Positions 23,400 to 37,529 of a stretch of 64,000 bases of DNA are shown here, in pieces. The stretch's first letter is position 1; every line of letters begins with the position of its first letter. Below the pieces are notes generated by a model that worked only from the letters and a program-made list of their open reading frames with translations, had not been told where the DNA came from and did not search any database. The translations under genes were made by a program, and so were the position numbers. The DNA comes from Hemiscyllium ocellatum (Eukaryota): contig NC_083408.1 in the NCBI RefSeq assembly GCF_020745735.1, forward strand, positions 30,286,484 to 30,350,483. Reading direction: 5' to 3'.

Positions 23400-24665
23400 A
23401 TAGCTGAAACTGGTAGAACTGTCAAATTTTTCAACTTAGTCCAGGTCCTTTTTAGTTAAAGTCTTGGTATCATCTTAGCTAATATATTCCACACACAGTA
23501 GAAACACATCAACTGCACAATTGAAACACCCTGTCACTAACACATTCATTATTGGGCTGGAACATTTGCAACCAATACAATGCCTTCTCTTTCATTTGCA
23601 TCTTCAGCTTTTACCTTCAAATCCTTCATTTTATGTTTGGTTTAAAATACCTTATTGTAGCATTTAGTACAGCACCACAAAGTGGTACCTTGAATTGCAC
23701 CTGAAAACATCGACTGATTACACCTTAATCATTTCTGGAGTTCATCTCTTACTGTAAATCCAAAATTTTCTTTGGTTCTCAAACTTATCAATAGTATTTC
23801 TGTCATCCTTTCTTTTCGTTACAGTTCTCCTTTCAGGTGATCTCACCAATTTGAGAATGTGGTCTCTTCCATTTTCTGGAATTGTCTCCTCCATTTTCTG
23901 GCACATCACCAACTACCCTCTTCGTGACATGAAAGCTACTGGGAAGGAATACTTTGTTAGGAATCTTTTGAGATTCTGACATTTGTTCGAGCAGCATATG
24001 TTTACTCGAAAATTCAACTCCCTTCAAAATTAGAAGTCTGTCCATACTTTGGCGCTGTCCAGCAACTTAAATGGTGGCATGAATTGGGAGATTTCCAAAT
24101 GAAACTTCTGCAGTCTTGCATACAACCTACTGAATTCCATTATGTATGTTTCCATTGTACTGTCCTCAGTCTAAATTTGTTAAAATCTGACCATGCCTCA
24201 TAAGCAGTCAATGGGTCTTTTCATTAAATCCTATCCATTAAAGTTAACAACCTGTTCAAAGCATCATCCATTTTCAAATCAACATGTTCCAATTCTGAAA
24301 CAATGCTTTGCTTATCTTGCTTCTGCATGGTAGTGAAAATACTAAGGTCTTTCCTTGCTTCTTCTTTGACAAAGAAATAACCTAGTCCTTCATTGTAACT
24401 TTTTCTTCATAAGGCTCATTTTCAGAAAACAGCAGAGTGTAATCGTATCCAGAAACTTCATATTTTGACTCAACCTTCCCCTGCTCTCAATGTTATACTT
24501 CAAAAGACACCGATTACGAGCCCACCATATTTATACAACCAATTCACATCCAAATAAGTCAATTAATATATTCATCATCTGTTCCCTCATTCCATTAGTT
24601 CTCAGGTATTCCTTCTGACTACATTAGATGGTGTTAGAACTCACTGATTTTTCAATATTCTACCA
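23400..24665 (-). mobile_element. Decayed Ty1/copia-type LTR retrotransposon: PBS, gag, zinc knuckle, protease
   Basis: Broken frames read SGYDY..FSENEPYE, SLSKKKQG...SLPCRSKI, AYEAWSDFNKF, TMETYIMEFSRLYARLQKF, FKLLDSAKV, MDRLLILKGV; RCF/RCNSRYHFVV-C (CCHC, ~23668-23712); FNCAV..STVCG (protease); TGGTAGAATA at 24656-24665 resembles a tRNA-iMet PBS. Confidence 0.72.
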
Positions 24666-26459
24666 TTTTGGTTTGGACCAGTGAACGATGAACAGAGAAG
24701 TAAAGATGACTTTTGGACTGTGATCAGTTCTGTAAAAAATGGATTTTAAACGGATATTTGTTTGAGATCAGGACTGAACGTTCATTTTCAGTCCTGCTTC
24801 TTGGTTAAAAAGTGCTTTATACATTACCTTGTGATTTGCATTTGTTGAGCTAAAGCTACTATATTGTTTATAAATTAAGTCTTTTGTTTTCATCTATAAA
24901 TTATGTGCCTGGTTTTGATTATTCACAATGTCAAGAACTGGTTATTCAAAAAGTCAATTTTGAGGGTGAGTAATTTGATTTTACTATGTTACAAATATAG
25001 GGATAGGGAAGCTGATTTGATTTGGCTGTCTGCCTCCATATTGCAACAATGAAGTCAGAATACATTCAATGCTCTTGCCACCCTTTGTATCTTCCTCTCA
25101 AAGAATGTACTTATTAATTGGTTGAGGTAAATTGGTAAGTGGTAATCAGCAGGTTACCACTTTTGATCTGATGCCATGTGATTTCATGGAGTCTAGATTC
25201 AATGCTGAGTACTCCCAGATTGTGTGGAATTGTACAGCTATCTTTGGTGATTCTACCCTTCTGGTAGAACAGGATTTTCCTAAGGGTTGTGATGGAACCT
25301 GGGGCATAGCCAGACTCATGGAATTTCAATTACAGATAATGTCAGACTGTGGAACAGCTCTCTGAGTTTTGGCTCAAGTCCCTTGATGTTGGTAAGGACG
25401 ACTTTGCAGAATCAGCTGGGTTGTACCTGATACCATTTCCAGTGCCCAGGTCGATGCCATTCAATTTCATTCCTTTGCAGCAGTCGGAGTGGCTTGCTTG
25501 ATCATTTCAGAGGGTGCTTAAAAGTCAACTTTACTGCTGTGGATCTAGAGTCACACGTAAGCCGGGCCAAGAAAGAATGGCAGATTCCCTTTCCCAAAGG
25601 GCATTTAAATCAGATTGGTTTTTAAAACAATAATGACTAAATGGCAATTCAGTTAACTTCCTAATTGTAGATTTCATTGAATTCAAGTTTCACCATCTCC
25701 CAAAATAGGATTTAAACCAATGGTTCCAGAACATCAACCTGAAGTTCTGGATTATTAGTTCGGTGATATTACCACCATGACACTGCCTGAACATGCTTCC
25801 AAAGGAAGACTTACAAATTCCAATCTGCAATGTGAAAACACGTTTCCCGATATCATCACTCAACATTCTAGCTCCTTTTTACCCTGGGCTTCCCCAAGAA
25901 CAAATTTCTCTCCAGTTCCTAATTATTTTTTTCTCAGGCCTATTTTGTAACTTTGCTAGGTCCCTGTTGCATATTGGTGCAGTCTTATTCTGTACAATAT
26001 TGTAAATATGGTGTTGCAATCCCAGATGATGGAAATACTGTGCAAGTTAGATTCTAGATCTTCATTTTTTTTTGCAGTTAGTTATTGCAATGATTAGTAT
26101 TTGAAACATATTCACGTGTCTGCAAATTTCTTTAACAAACAAACAAACACAAAAGTTTATTACAAAAAAGAAAGAAAAAGCTTTACAGGTATACACATAC
26201 AAGATAGCTTTGAGAGATGTTAAGAGTGAAATGTTCAAACCTATATTCCAACAATATCATTTTACAGGTATCACTACTGTCTCAACTGCTTAATTTATTA
26301 TTTGACTCATTATCCAGTTCTCCTTAGACTGCTAAGACAGTTTTACAACTTCTTTCCATGCCGACTGGAACCCCCTTTTGGTTCTGACAGCTTAAAACAT
26401 CTATACAAACTCTTAGTTTGGAAATTCCATAAATGAATACCCTTCTGCTTGAGTCACTA

Positions 26460-27022
26460 TTTTCAGACTGTGTGCAAGCGTGACCCTGACCTTCCCAGAG
26501 CTAGTCATCGTAACACAGCATCCTGTCTGCATGCCCACTTGTCTGTCCTCGGCATGCTGCAATGCTTCAGTGAACCACAGCGCAAACTGCAGGACCAATG
26601 TCTCATCTTCAGACACGGCACTTTACAATCTTGTGGACTTAATATTGGGTTCAACACCTTCAGATTGTGAACTCACTCCCATTTCTTTTAGCTTTACTTT
26701 TTGTACCACGGTCACCCTATCCTCTCCACTCCACTGGGACCATCTGTTTTTTCTCATTGGGTAGTTAGACACACCATCGTTCTGCCAAACTCACATCCCG
26801 ATCACTTAATCAGCACTATCAACTCCCTTTCTCCCCCAGCATTCCACTGCCCCACTAATGCATAAATGCTGTCCCCTCCACCTCTCACATCAGCTCTGAT
26901 TAAGCCATCTAGACTCAAAATGCTAGCTTGTCTCTGCCTATGAATGTTGCCTGACCCACTGTGATTTGCAGCATTTTTTTGTTTTCAGTACAGATTCCAG
27001 CATCTGCAGTAATTTACTCCTA
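26460..27022 (+). mobile_element. Older Penelope-like 3' fragment
   Basis: RDPDLP..HRNTASCLHAHLSVLGMLQC..EPQRKLQDQCLIFR, homologous to 20770-21395; same tail (gattccagcatctgcagt). Confidence 0.7.
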
Positions 27023-27379
27023 CATAGTCTCGAGCTTTCCTCATAAATCACCCTTTCCATCCTAGAAATTAAACTGGTGAACATTTTCTGCATTGCCACT
27101 CAGTGGCCATTAGAGTGTTCCAGGATTTTAATTTAGTGACAGTGGAATGAATGGTGACATAGTTCCAAGTTGAGAGGAGCTTGTAGGTGATGGTGTTCTC
27201 TTGCATCTGCTACCCTTCTCCTTCTCAGTGGTAGAGGTGAGAGATTTGAAAGATGCTATTAAAGGAGCCTTGACAAGTTGCTGTAATGTGTCTTGAAGAT
27301 ACATGTGTCTTGGGTAGCATTTAATTTCTTCAGTAATTTTCCATCAGCAGGTATAATAGTGTTCTTTCATAGAAATCAT

Positions 27380-27684
27380 CAAGAATCCCTACAGGCAATT
27401 TGGCCCAACAAATCCACACTGACCCTCCGAAGAGTAACCCACCCATACTATTCCCCTACACTATTACTCTACATTTACTCCTGATTAATGCACCTTACCC
27501 ACAAATCCTGAACACAATGGACAACTTAGCACGGCCAATTCATCTAACCTGCACATGTTTGGATTGTGGGTGAAAACCAGAGCACCCATGGGGAGAATGT
27601 ACACACTCTGTACAGGCTGGAATCGAACTCGGGTCCCTGGCACTATGAGACAGCAGTGCTAACCACTAAGCTACCGTGCCGCCC
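27380..27684 (-). mobile_element. HE1-type SINE
   Basis: Reverse complement of the SINE head at 27620-27684 (cagcagtgctaaccactaagctaccgtgccgccc). Confidence 0.85.
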
Positions 27685-27716
27685 TAGAAACTGAAAACAT
27701 TTATAAATTTTTCAAT

Positions 27717-27833
27717 GGTTCATGCCCAAAACATCGATTCTCCTGCTCCTTGAATGCTGCCTGACCTGCTGTGCTTTTCCAGCAACACATTTTCAGCTCT
27801 GATCTCCAGCATCTGCAGTCCTCACTTCCTCCT
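27717..27833 (+). mobile_element. Single-arm Penelope-derived short element (5'-truncated inside the hammerhead)
   Basis: catgcccaaaacatcgattctcctgctccttgaatgctgcctgacc...cacttcctcct; same family as 16725 and 61311. Confidence 0.8.
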
Positions 27834-30494
27834 AAATATTTCAATTGCCTACCAGTAAACTCAGAATGAATTATTCCATGTGCAAAGATTAAATAAATCT
27901 GTTAATTGTCAATTATGTCAGACATTCCAAATTTAAACAAATAAATCAGAAGTACCTACACCAAGTCTGACAAGGAGTTTTAGTTTGAGAAGGCACACTG
28001 AAATGCCATTCCGAAACCAGAAAACACTTAAAAGTTAGTCATAGAGCCATCCAGTATAAAAATAGGCCCTTCAGGCCACAGTGACTGTGCCGACTAACAA
28101 GTTACTGAAGACAATTCCTTCAATCAAACTCTCAATGCCTTATACTGAGGACAGTTCATTTATGGAAAACCTATTTAAATTAGTACAAGTGTCAAACATA
28201 TTTATACAATATTTAACGTCAAACATTTCAAGATTTTTCTTGGAGTACTAGTATTTAACAGAATTTGATACCAGATCATAAAATATTTGTGGCAGATGAC
28301 CAAACTCCTAACCAAGGAAGTTCCTTTTAAGGACTGAGGTATTTTTTCAGTTTTTACTTGGAGTCTGAGACAGTCCCGTGAAGTCCCTGTCATAGGATAG
28401 CTGCATAGATCGGTTCTCCCAAGAAGGGAAGTACATATAAAGAACGAAGTAACTTTAGAGAGAAGAGCAAGTCTTAGTCCCATGCCAGAAGTGTTGTGGA
28501 AAAACCTTGAAGAAATTATTTAAAATGGAGTATATTTAAGTAGATGTACATTAGCTCGAGGAACAAACTATCTACAGTTCCAGTCTGAGCACTGAAGTAA
28601 CAAGTGACTTAAAAACTTATCAGTTGAGTATAGGAACTCATGAGTGTTGTACAAGTCAAGTTTTGGATACTGCAAATTGTGTTTTGGATAACATACAAAA
28701 GGTGCTCTCTTTTCAATTTATAAAAGAGTATTTTGGGATTAATAGGATAATGATTTTTAAATGCAGTAAAAGTTTGGATTTATATTAAATAAATGGTTAG
28801 TTTGTTCTATTTGATCTTAATTTCTTTCAAAATAACCTTGTCTTATTGTGAAAGCAAAATTGTGTGTGTTTGTGTTTTAGCAAGAGACCATTTTATTCAA
28901 ATCAAAATATGATGCATCAAGCCAGGTTTCTTCTGGTAATATCATCAGCTGGCATCTTAATAATAGCCTAGAAGAACTGGAAGTGGTTGGTGAAATTGGA
29001 GTGCTCAACAGCAAAGGAATGCACTTGACTTCCCTGGTGTGCCTCAAATTGAAAAAGAGTTTGTAAGTTAAGATGGTCAAAGCCTTTTTCTCAATTTAAA
29101 AACGTGAGGCTTAAATAGGAGAATAATGGCATGTAACAACTGAACAAAGATATCCAGCAGTACACAGACACAATGCAAAGCAATTCAATTAGTACTTATA
29201 GACAAAAACATTCCAGCATAAAAATGAAGAGCTTTTTGAATTCAAGTATCAGAAACATCAAGTGAAAAGTATTATAACCAGTCCACTATGAGTATTTTTG
29301 TATTCAAAAACTTAGAAGTAAATAGTTTGGCCGGATTTTTTTTAAAACACGGATGCTATTTATCACACAGGTTCAACATAAACCTTAAACTTTAGTGCCT
29401 TAAACATACTAGGCATATTTACAATATGACAATAGATAATTCACAACTATTTTCTTAATTAAGCTAAAAACTTAGTTCAACACTTTGTTTAGCCACTGGA
29501 AATTGCAACTCAGGACATTTTAGATCTAGCAGTCATCAACTTGTGCCCAATCAGAAAGTCAGTTATAAATCAGGAAACAAAGATCAGCAGCCTTTCCACA
29601 AATAATATAAAAGAGCATCCATTGGGGACCAAAAGCTTTTTATAATAGTAGCAGTACTTTGTTTGATCTTGAAATTAAAAGCATTAGTGAATTTAGCCAA
29701 ATAAACCTAAATTATGATATAAATATGCTCAATACCATGTATTTCTTTTTATATGTTGTCTAAAGGAACTCAGGTTATGTAAACCTAGATATTGTATAGT
29801 TAAAATAGTTCAGATGAGGTAGAAGAGTTCAGACACTGCAGGGGTCAAGAAATCAATACAAGTGGCAAAATGAGACTACACAAAAAAACAAAGTAGTTCA
29901 TTTGTGGAGATACAGACTTAAAGATGTTAAACCTATATCAAAGTGAGATTAAGTCACACTCTGGATTTCACAAGACTAATTCCAGAATGAGAGGTTACGC
30001 TTGTTAAGAAAACCTAAATGTCAGGGGTTCTTTCCTTTATAAAACAGAATACTTAGGGGTGAAATTTCAGTTAAGATAGTTTGGAGAAATTGGAACCAAA
30101 GAGATTTGATAAGTCTCCAAAATCATGAAGGGGTTGGGCAGAGTAAATAAGGAAAAACTGCTTTTGCTAATAAAATGATTAATAAAATGGCAGATATAAA
30201 GGTAATTTCCAAAAGTAGGAAATGCAATGGGAGAAAAGAAACCTTTTCACACAAGTCATGAAAGTCTGGAATGCATCACCTGTAGTGGAGGCAGGTTCAA
30301 TTGAGGAATTCAGAGGGCAATAGAGTGATTACTTAAAGAGAAATAATATTCAGAGTTATAAGGAAAAGGCAGGACAATGGTACTTAGTCATACAGCATAG
30401 AAATGGACCTTTTTGTCCAACCTGTATAATGCACAGAGAGCCAATACAGAAAAGATTGCCTTCTGTGCCCTAACAACTGAGAGTGTGATAAAGT

Positions 30495-32560
30495 TTTCTC
30501 ACACCGGAGCCACTTGAGGATAGTTAAGGAGGTAAAAGAAGAAATGTGAAAATTAGGGAACATAAAATTACTCTTTATGCGGATGATGTCCTTTTGTTTT
30601 TGGCTAACCCAGAAAAGTCTGTACCCCGGTCAATACAAAAAAATTATTCAGTAGTTTTTCGGGATACAGGATAAATTTTACAAAATTGGAAGTCATGCAC
30701 GTGGAAGGATTGGTATAAGTGCCTGTCACCTGTTTGGTGGTTGCAGAAAGGTTTTCTCCATGTGGGAATTTTTATTACTCCAGTCATCTATCAGTTGTAC
30801 AGAGCTAACTTTGTGCAATTATTTGAGAGGACAAAGCAGGACTTGCAACGGTGGAAGGGGCTACCAATATCATGGCTAGGCCACACATCTTTGATTAAAA
30901 TGAACATTCTTCCTCAGCTAATGTAGTCTACGAGGATGCTCCCATTGTTGCTACCCAGAGAAGTGTTGCGGAGGTTTAGCGGGTTGGCTTGGATCCTTTA
31001 TTTGGTGCCAAAGGTGCCCCCCTAATTAAATTTACCAAGCTGCAACCTCTGCAGGATGGTGGTGGGGGTGGATCTCCCAGATCTGAGGAGATACTGGGTA
31101 TATAAGGATTCAAGGTCAATATTGCTTAATGTTGAGGCCTCGCGAGGTGTCCCCTCATCAATTTACCGTTTATGGACAAGATGCAATCCATGGCTGAGCA
31201 TTGTGAGAGCCCAATTATCTTTAACACATTGAAAGCATGGAGGATAATGAAACAGGGTGAGGGCAATCTGCTTAAGACTTGAACATTCACCCCATTAGTG
31301 TGAGCCCCAGGATTTAGGCCAGGGTCAATGGACTCCAACTTCAAAGCATGGGAGGTAAGGGAATCTCATGTTTGGGGGATTTTTTTGATGGAGAGGTCTT
31401 TATGTCTTTCAGCCAGCTTAGTCGGGAATACAGGATTCCTAACAGGGACCTTTACTGATATTTCCAGGTTAGGGATTATATACAGAAGACGACCATGCTC
31501 TTGGCACAATCCTACAAGTCGGACATGGAGAAAAGAATGCTCTGATGTGGGGATGTGCTCTTGGTTAGTATCGTTTGCAGAGAGGGAGCGCCTTGGGGGA
31601 TATGGAGAGACTCCATGGAATCTGGAATCAGAAGCTAGGGAAAGAATTTTCATTGGAAACATGGAAGATATGGGAGAATGTAAAGAAAATCTCAATATGC
31701 AATAAAGCACAAGCTATGAAGATCCTTCACAGGGCCCATACAGCACCAGGGAGGTCAGCAAAGTTTAAGAAAGGATCTTCTCCACGATGTCTAAAATGTA
31801 GAATTAGCACAAGCATCCTTACACATTGCTACTGGACCTGTTACAAGATTTGTGGATACAGGGGTGCCGTTGTGAATGATCTGGAGAAGATCCTGGGAAT
31901 TGAAGTTCAGATAGATCCAGTATCCCTTCTTTTGGTACTGCCGAATCTGCCCTCTCTGGCTGAGCACGGGAAGAGGTTATTTAGCATTCTTACACATTGT
32001 GCAAGGAAGAACATCCTAATGACTTAGATATCAGAAGGAACCCCAGGTTTTGTGGGGTGACACAGACTTGTGATGGAGTATACCCCCCAAGATTACCTGA
32101 CAAGTATGGTGCGCGATGGAACAGAACAATTTTATAAGACATGGCAGTCCTTTTTAAATTACAAAGACACGGACCTATCAGTGATACTGATTAGAGTCTT
32201 TAAAGTGCCGTGAGGGTGTATGAGGTGGCCCAGAAACCCCAGGGAGAGGAGACCTAATAAATACAGGTACAGCAACTGTTGCTCCCGTGGACAGGAGCTT
32301 CGGTGGAGGTGCGGCGAGTGCATAATGTAATGTAATTTAATTTAATTGAAAGTTAAGTCTATTTCATTTAATTCAAACTTATTTTAATTTGTGTTAAGTT
32401 AGGTAAAAATGAGACAATTGAATCCCAGAGAGTAGTAGGTAGTTTATTGTTAATATTACTGTAGTATAACACTAACATCATTTCTGTTTTTCCTGTATTT
32501 TTATAATTATTTTTCCTTTTGTGAGTATAATTTTTTTTTGATAAATATATATTAAAAAAA
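30495..32560 (+). mobile_element. L1-clade LINE, 3' half of ORF2 plus 3' UTR, decayed
   Basis: EHKITLYADDVLLFL (~30558-30602), FSGYRIN, LIKMNILPQL, C-terminal CLKCR...HCYWTC; A-rich end near 32552. Confidence 0.88.
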
Positions 32561-32733
32561 GAAGAAAGGTGATAGCTAATTTAAACATTGAAAACACCCA
32601 TACAGAGCAACGTGAATGATCAGATCTCCTGCACAGATGTTGGCAGTTCACTGGGAAAAATTTCTACACTCTCAGGAACATAAAAACAGAAGTACGCCAT
32701 GCAATCATTTGATCCTGTTCCATCATTCTAGAC

Positions 32734-33128
32734 CAGCGTTACTCCACCTTTCTGTATTCAATGCCCCCTTCTTGTCCTTGAAATCACGCAATGCCCCCAA
32801 ATCACCAAAGTCTGTTTTTGCACATATAACTGCAATGCACTGCAGTGCTGAAAATGGAAAACTTTTGTGAAATATATACAACAAAAAATAAATGTTATAA
32901 TTTATTACTGTTCTTACTGTCCACCTACTTTTGGCTTACTGTATAAAATTTAGTCTGTAATAGTAAAATAGTCAACGCGATCCTTGTGGTTCATATTGTC
33001 TTGCTAAATCATAAATATCTGGTTCAATTTTTGTCAAAAGTCGTTCAGTGCCCCCTTTGACTTCAATGCCCACCAAAGGAAGGCAAACGCCCCTCAGGGG
33101 GCACTCCCGCCCCTCTTGAGAAACACTG
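32734..33128. mobile_element. hAT (Charlie-type) MITE
   Basis: Perfect 8-bp TSD TTCTAGAC (32726-32733, 33129-33136); TIRs CAGCGTTACTCCA / TTGAGAAACACTG; inserted in the tail of a minus-strand CR1. Confidence 0.9.
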
Positions 33129-33136
33129 TTCTAGAC

Positions 33137-34380
33137 CGTAGCTGACCATCTACCTCAACACTGTATTCTGGCGTGTTCTCAATAACCCTTGACGTCTTAA
33201 GTAATTGTAATCAATTTCTGCCTCTGAACTTAGTTAATGTCTAAGCTTTCAGAGATCTCTGGAGTAGAGGATTCCAAAGATAAATTACCCTTTTGCGCAA
33301 ATATACTTGGTCTCACTCCTAATAGCTTGCCTTTTACTCCAATACTCTTTTATTCTAGACTCCACAACCACAGTGACATCGATTCTGCACCGATTGATTA
33401 TCTATTTAAGAATTTATAAGTTTCGATAAGATCTCTCATTCTCTAAACTCCAGAGAATACAGTTACAATCTCCTCAATCTCTCCTCACAGGACAGTCCCA
33501 CCATCCCAGGAATCACACTTGTTAACTTCACTGCACTTACCCTTTGACAAGTTTAGGCAATGGGACTAGATCTACACACAATACTCCAGGTGTGGTTTCA
33601 CCAGTGTGCTTTACTACTGAATCAAAATTTCTTTGTTTTGGTACTCAAATCCTCTGAAGGTAACATTCCATTCAACTTCCCAATTGCTTGCTACAGTGAC
33701 TTACAAACAAGAACACCTAGAACCCTTTTGACAACAAAACTTTCCAATCACTTACCATTTAAGAAATATTCCGCACCTTTGTTCCTTCTACTAAAAGGGA
33801 TAACTGCACACTTGGATATCATGCAATTGCTTCATAATTTTTACAGATTATGAATAGCTATGGTCCAAGTACAGGTCAATTAGTCATGCCAACCTGGGAA
33901 TGACCCATTTATATCTACACTCTTTATGCCTGTTAACCATTATTCAGTCCATGATTGTACATTACTTCAATCCCATGCACTTTAACTTTGCATACTAACC
34001 TCATAGGTGCAATTTTATCAAAAAGTCTTTTGTAAATCAAAACATGCTATTTACAATGGTTCCCTAATACAGCCTCTACTAATAACATTCTGAAGAGACA
34101 CGATTTCACCTTCATAGGTCCATTTTGATTGTGGCCACTCAGTCAACTACATTCTACACAGCCAGTAATCACACCTTCATAATAGATTCTCTAAAATTTG
34201 CCCTACTACTGACATCAGGCTAACTGGTTTGCAGCTCTATGTTCTCTATGCCCCTCCTTTCTTAAATGATGGAGTTACATTTGCAAGCTTCCAACTGCAG
34301 AAGTGACAGAATTTTGAACAATCACAACACAACCAATATTTCTTTCAAAACTTTAGGGGGCTTTTGGACTCTCAGGAAAA
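33137..34380 (-). mobile_element. Old CR1 LINE fragment (3' tail starts at ~32675)
   Basis: Reverse-complement CR1 motifs (cacaatactccaggtgtgg, caggctaactggtttgcag). Confidence 0.7.
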
Positions 34381-35238
34381 TATTAAACGTTGTCCTCTAA
34401 AGTACATGTAATAGATCCCTTCGCCTCTGATAATTTAAAATCCTTGCTGCACCTTGTATTTTTAATTCCACTCAAATTCTGCATCCTGTTCTTCTCCCTC
34501 TAATGTAATGATCCTGTCCTTCATCAATAGCATTCACACAGCACCTTTTCCCTTTATATCCTAAATATTAAACACATTTAACATTCACTTCTCAGATTTG
34601 ATCATCTCTAATGGCACTCGTACCATCAATTCACCCCTCATTGACAGTACTGTATGCTTTCAGACAGTGGATTTAATTGTGACTTTTTAACATTCTCTTC
34701 AGTAAATTACCCTTGATTGATTCTCAGATGTTTCTCCTTTGCACTTTAATTTCCAACATTTTTCCCCCTCTTTGGTTCCTAACCCCCTGACAATATGGCT
34801 TATACTCTCCCCACCAGGATATCTGTCCCAGCACTGCTAAGATATAAACTGTCCTCTTAGCACACGTCCGATCTGTTCTAATGCGTGAAAATCTAAAGTC
34901 TGCTTCATCAAATTTTCCAGCCACATGTTCATTTACTCAATCATCCTATTTCTACATTCATGAGTTCTTCAGAAAGGAGCCATGGGATCCATAACAAGTA
35001 CCAGAGAAGGCAGAGTAGGCCTTGTTTTAACATCTTCCCAAGAGTGCAACAACACAGCACTCCATCATTGGTATTTGACTATTATGCTCAAATTAAATCA
35101 TAAATATATTGAAAGAGAAGCCAGATACGAACATAAGGGAGAAAGGAATAGAAGGATGTGCTACTAATTTTAAATGAAGACAGCTAGGAGGACAGTTGAG
35201 GCATACATAAGCATGGCATCGATCTGCTGAACCTATTA

Positions 35239-35740
35239 GAGAGTCACAGAGATGTACAGGATGGAAACAGACCCTTTGGTCCAACTTGTCCATGCCGATC
35301 AGATATCCCAACCCAATCTAGTCCCACCTGCCAGCACCGCACTCATATCCCTCCAAACCCTTCCCATTCATATACCCATCCAAATGCCTCTTAAATGTTG
35401 CAATTGTATCAGCCTCCACCACTTCCTCTGGCAGCTCATTCCACACAGGTACCACCCTCTGCATGAAAAAGTTGCCCCTTAGGTCTCTTTTATATCTTTC
35501 CCCTCTCACCCTAAACCCTCTAGCCCTCTAGTTCTGGACTCCCCGACCCCAGGGAAAAGACTTTGCCTATTTATCCTATCCATGTCACTCATAATTTTGT
35601 AAACCTCTATAAGGTCACCCCTCAGCCTCTGACACTCCAGGGAAAACAGCCCCAGCCTGTTAGGCCTCTGTCTATAGCTCAAATCTTCCAACCCTGGCAA
35701 CATCCTTTTCAATCTTTTCTGAACCCTTACAAGTTTCACA
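35239..35740 (-). mobile_element. CR1 LINE 3' fragment
   Basis: RVQKRLKRMLPGLEDLSY...LRGDLIEVYKIM; RGNFFMQRVVPVWN. Confidence 0.92.
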
Positions 35741-35929
35741 ACAACTTTCAGGCTTCAAGTTCTGTGTGAGCACACTTGCATTGTTGGCTGTCCAACTGAG
35801 CATGCCAATTGCCAAACAAGACCTCTCCTCTCCAGGAAACATACTTGAATGGACATTTGATATATTAATGTTGATTTAGCTAATAATACTCACCCATTAA
35901 CAATTAAAAAAACAAAAATGTAGAGATTT

Positions 35930-36778
35930 AATTGAAATGTGTCAAAATAGTTTATTTTTATGAATTTTAAGTTTTCCATCATTACCAAAAATGATTTTTT
36001 ATTAGCCTTGCCTCAAAAAGCAAAACAGGCACCATGTGTAGGATGCACAAAGAAACAAAAGCATTATAAGTTCTTCTGCCAAACTATTACTCAGTTTAAA
36101 ACATTTATCCACCAGGTGTATATATTTCTATACCCTCTACAGTTCTTGTTACTTAAAACAAACCAAAGAAACAAAACCAAAAAGGGAATATACTATCTGA
36201 CAAACCTTGGGCAGCATAGATAGGTTCAACGACCTTCTATCAGAAGGGGACATGAGCCATTTGCTACAGTTGTTGCACGGTTCATCGCCAAAAGGGTACT
36301 TTCCATCTAAAAAGGCTCTGAACTCAAAAGTAACGTGGCATGTACTGCCAGTTTGTGTTCAACAGGTTTCCAGTTTGTTACAATGACCTCAACAGAGGTA
36401 ATCCAGACAGCATAGTTTCAAACTGCTGTCACTGGAACTGCAGCATGCAAATCTGGAAATAATTTATTTCAAACATGTAATGAATCTCGATTCAATGTTG
36501 TGTTCTCTGCCCACTCATCTTAGCAAAACATTATGAACATGGGGTCATAATAAATCATCCTCCCTATGGCCCCAATTTTAATATTAGATCTGCCTGAAAA
36601 AAAAATCAGATAGTGATTAAGTATGGCTTTATTCCCTGAAGGTGAAAGCTGTCCAAGTTCAAATTGCTTACGTCAATCAGGATAATGAGGAGCCTACGTA
36701 TAACATTACTGATTGACCTGAGGACACTTGTTTGCTGTTAGTTGCTTCCAACATAGGACTTGGAAGGTCCAGTCACAT
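35930..36778 (-). other. RAD51: Probable RAD51 3' UTR
   Basis: Repeat-free sequence after the stop; AATAAA (minus) at 36628-36633, 36463-36468, 35998-36003 and 35951-35956. The 3' end is inferred. Confidence 0.6.
35951..35956 (-). terminator. Candidate distal poly(A) signal of RAD51
   Basis: AATAAA on minus, followed ~35-45 nt downstream by a U-rich tract (plus-strand A-run at ~35906-35918). Confidence 0.5.
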
Positions 36779-36946
<168 letters not shown>

Positions 36947-37529
36947 TCAGATGTCATAACTACATTTTTGGTCACTTATAAGTAAATTGGAAATGCCTTA
37001 TTGCCATATTGCATTCCCCACTAAAATGTTCTTAGTACTTCAGGAAAGCAGCTTAAAAGCCTTTCCTTACAGCTCAATTAGTTAATTCTTTCAGCAGGTG
37101 AGCCATAATTGTTCAATTTCTGACAAATGTTGCAGTGGTTCTCAGAGAAACAGCTACAACTGGACTCACTCATGTAGATTTGGAGAAACAATCAGCAAAA
37201 GCTGCTGCCCATCATCAAGAAATCTCTACTGGAAATTCACAACTGGATTTAGCTTGAGGACAGAGTCAACTTTCATGGTAAGCTGATCAGTCAACGCCTC
37301 AACATTCAATCATCATTGAAATAGCGATTATGACAAAAAAGCTCATTCCAGAAAGAAAGTGAATGGTTAAAAAGGTGGAAGGAAAGAAGAATCTGGCTGA
37401 AAAAAAAAGTCGTCCTCAAATTGGATGGTGAAGCAGTGAAACTGATTTCTTTTAACGTCAGATTGCAGTATCTTAAGGGAATTCAAAATCCCCAGGTACA
37501 TTGACTTTAGTATAGAAAAGGCTCAAGGG

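Noticed and set aside
1-35900. RMDN3 exons expected tail-to-tail with RAD51 from human synteny
   Set aside because: I checked several plus-strand acceptors (e.g. 3573, 6259, 10631, 26078) and none gave RMDN3-like peptide; not supported in this window.
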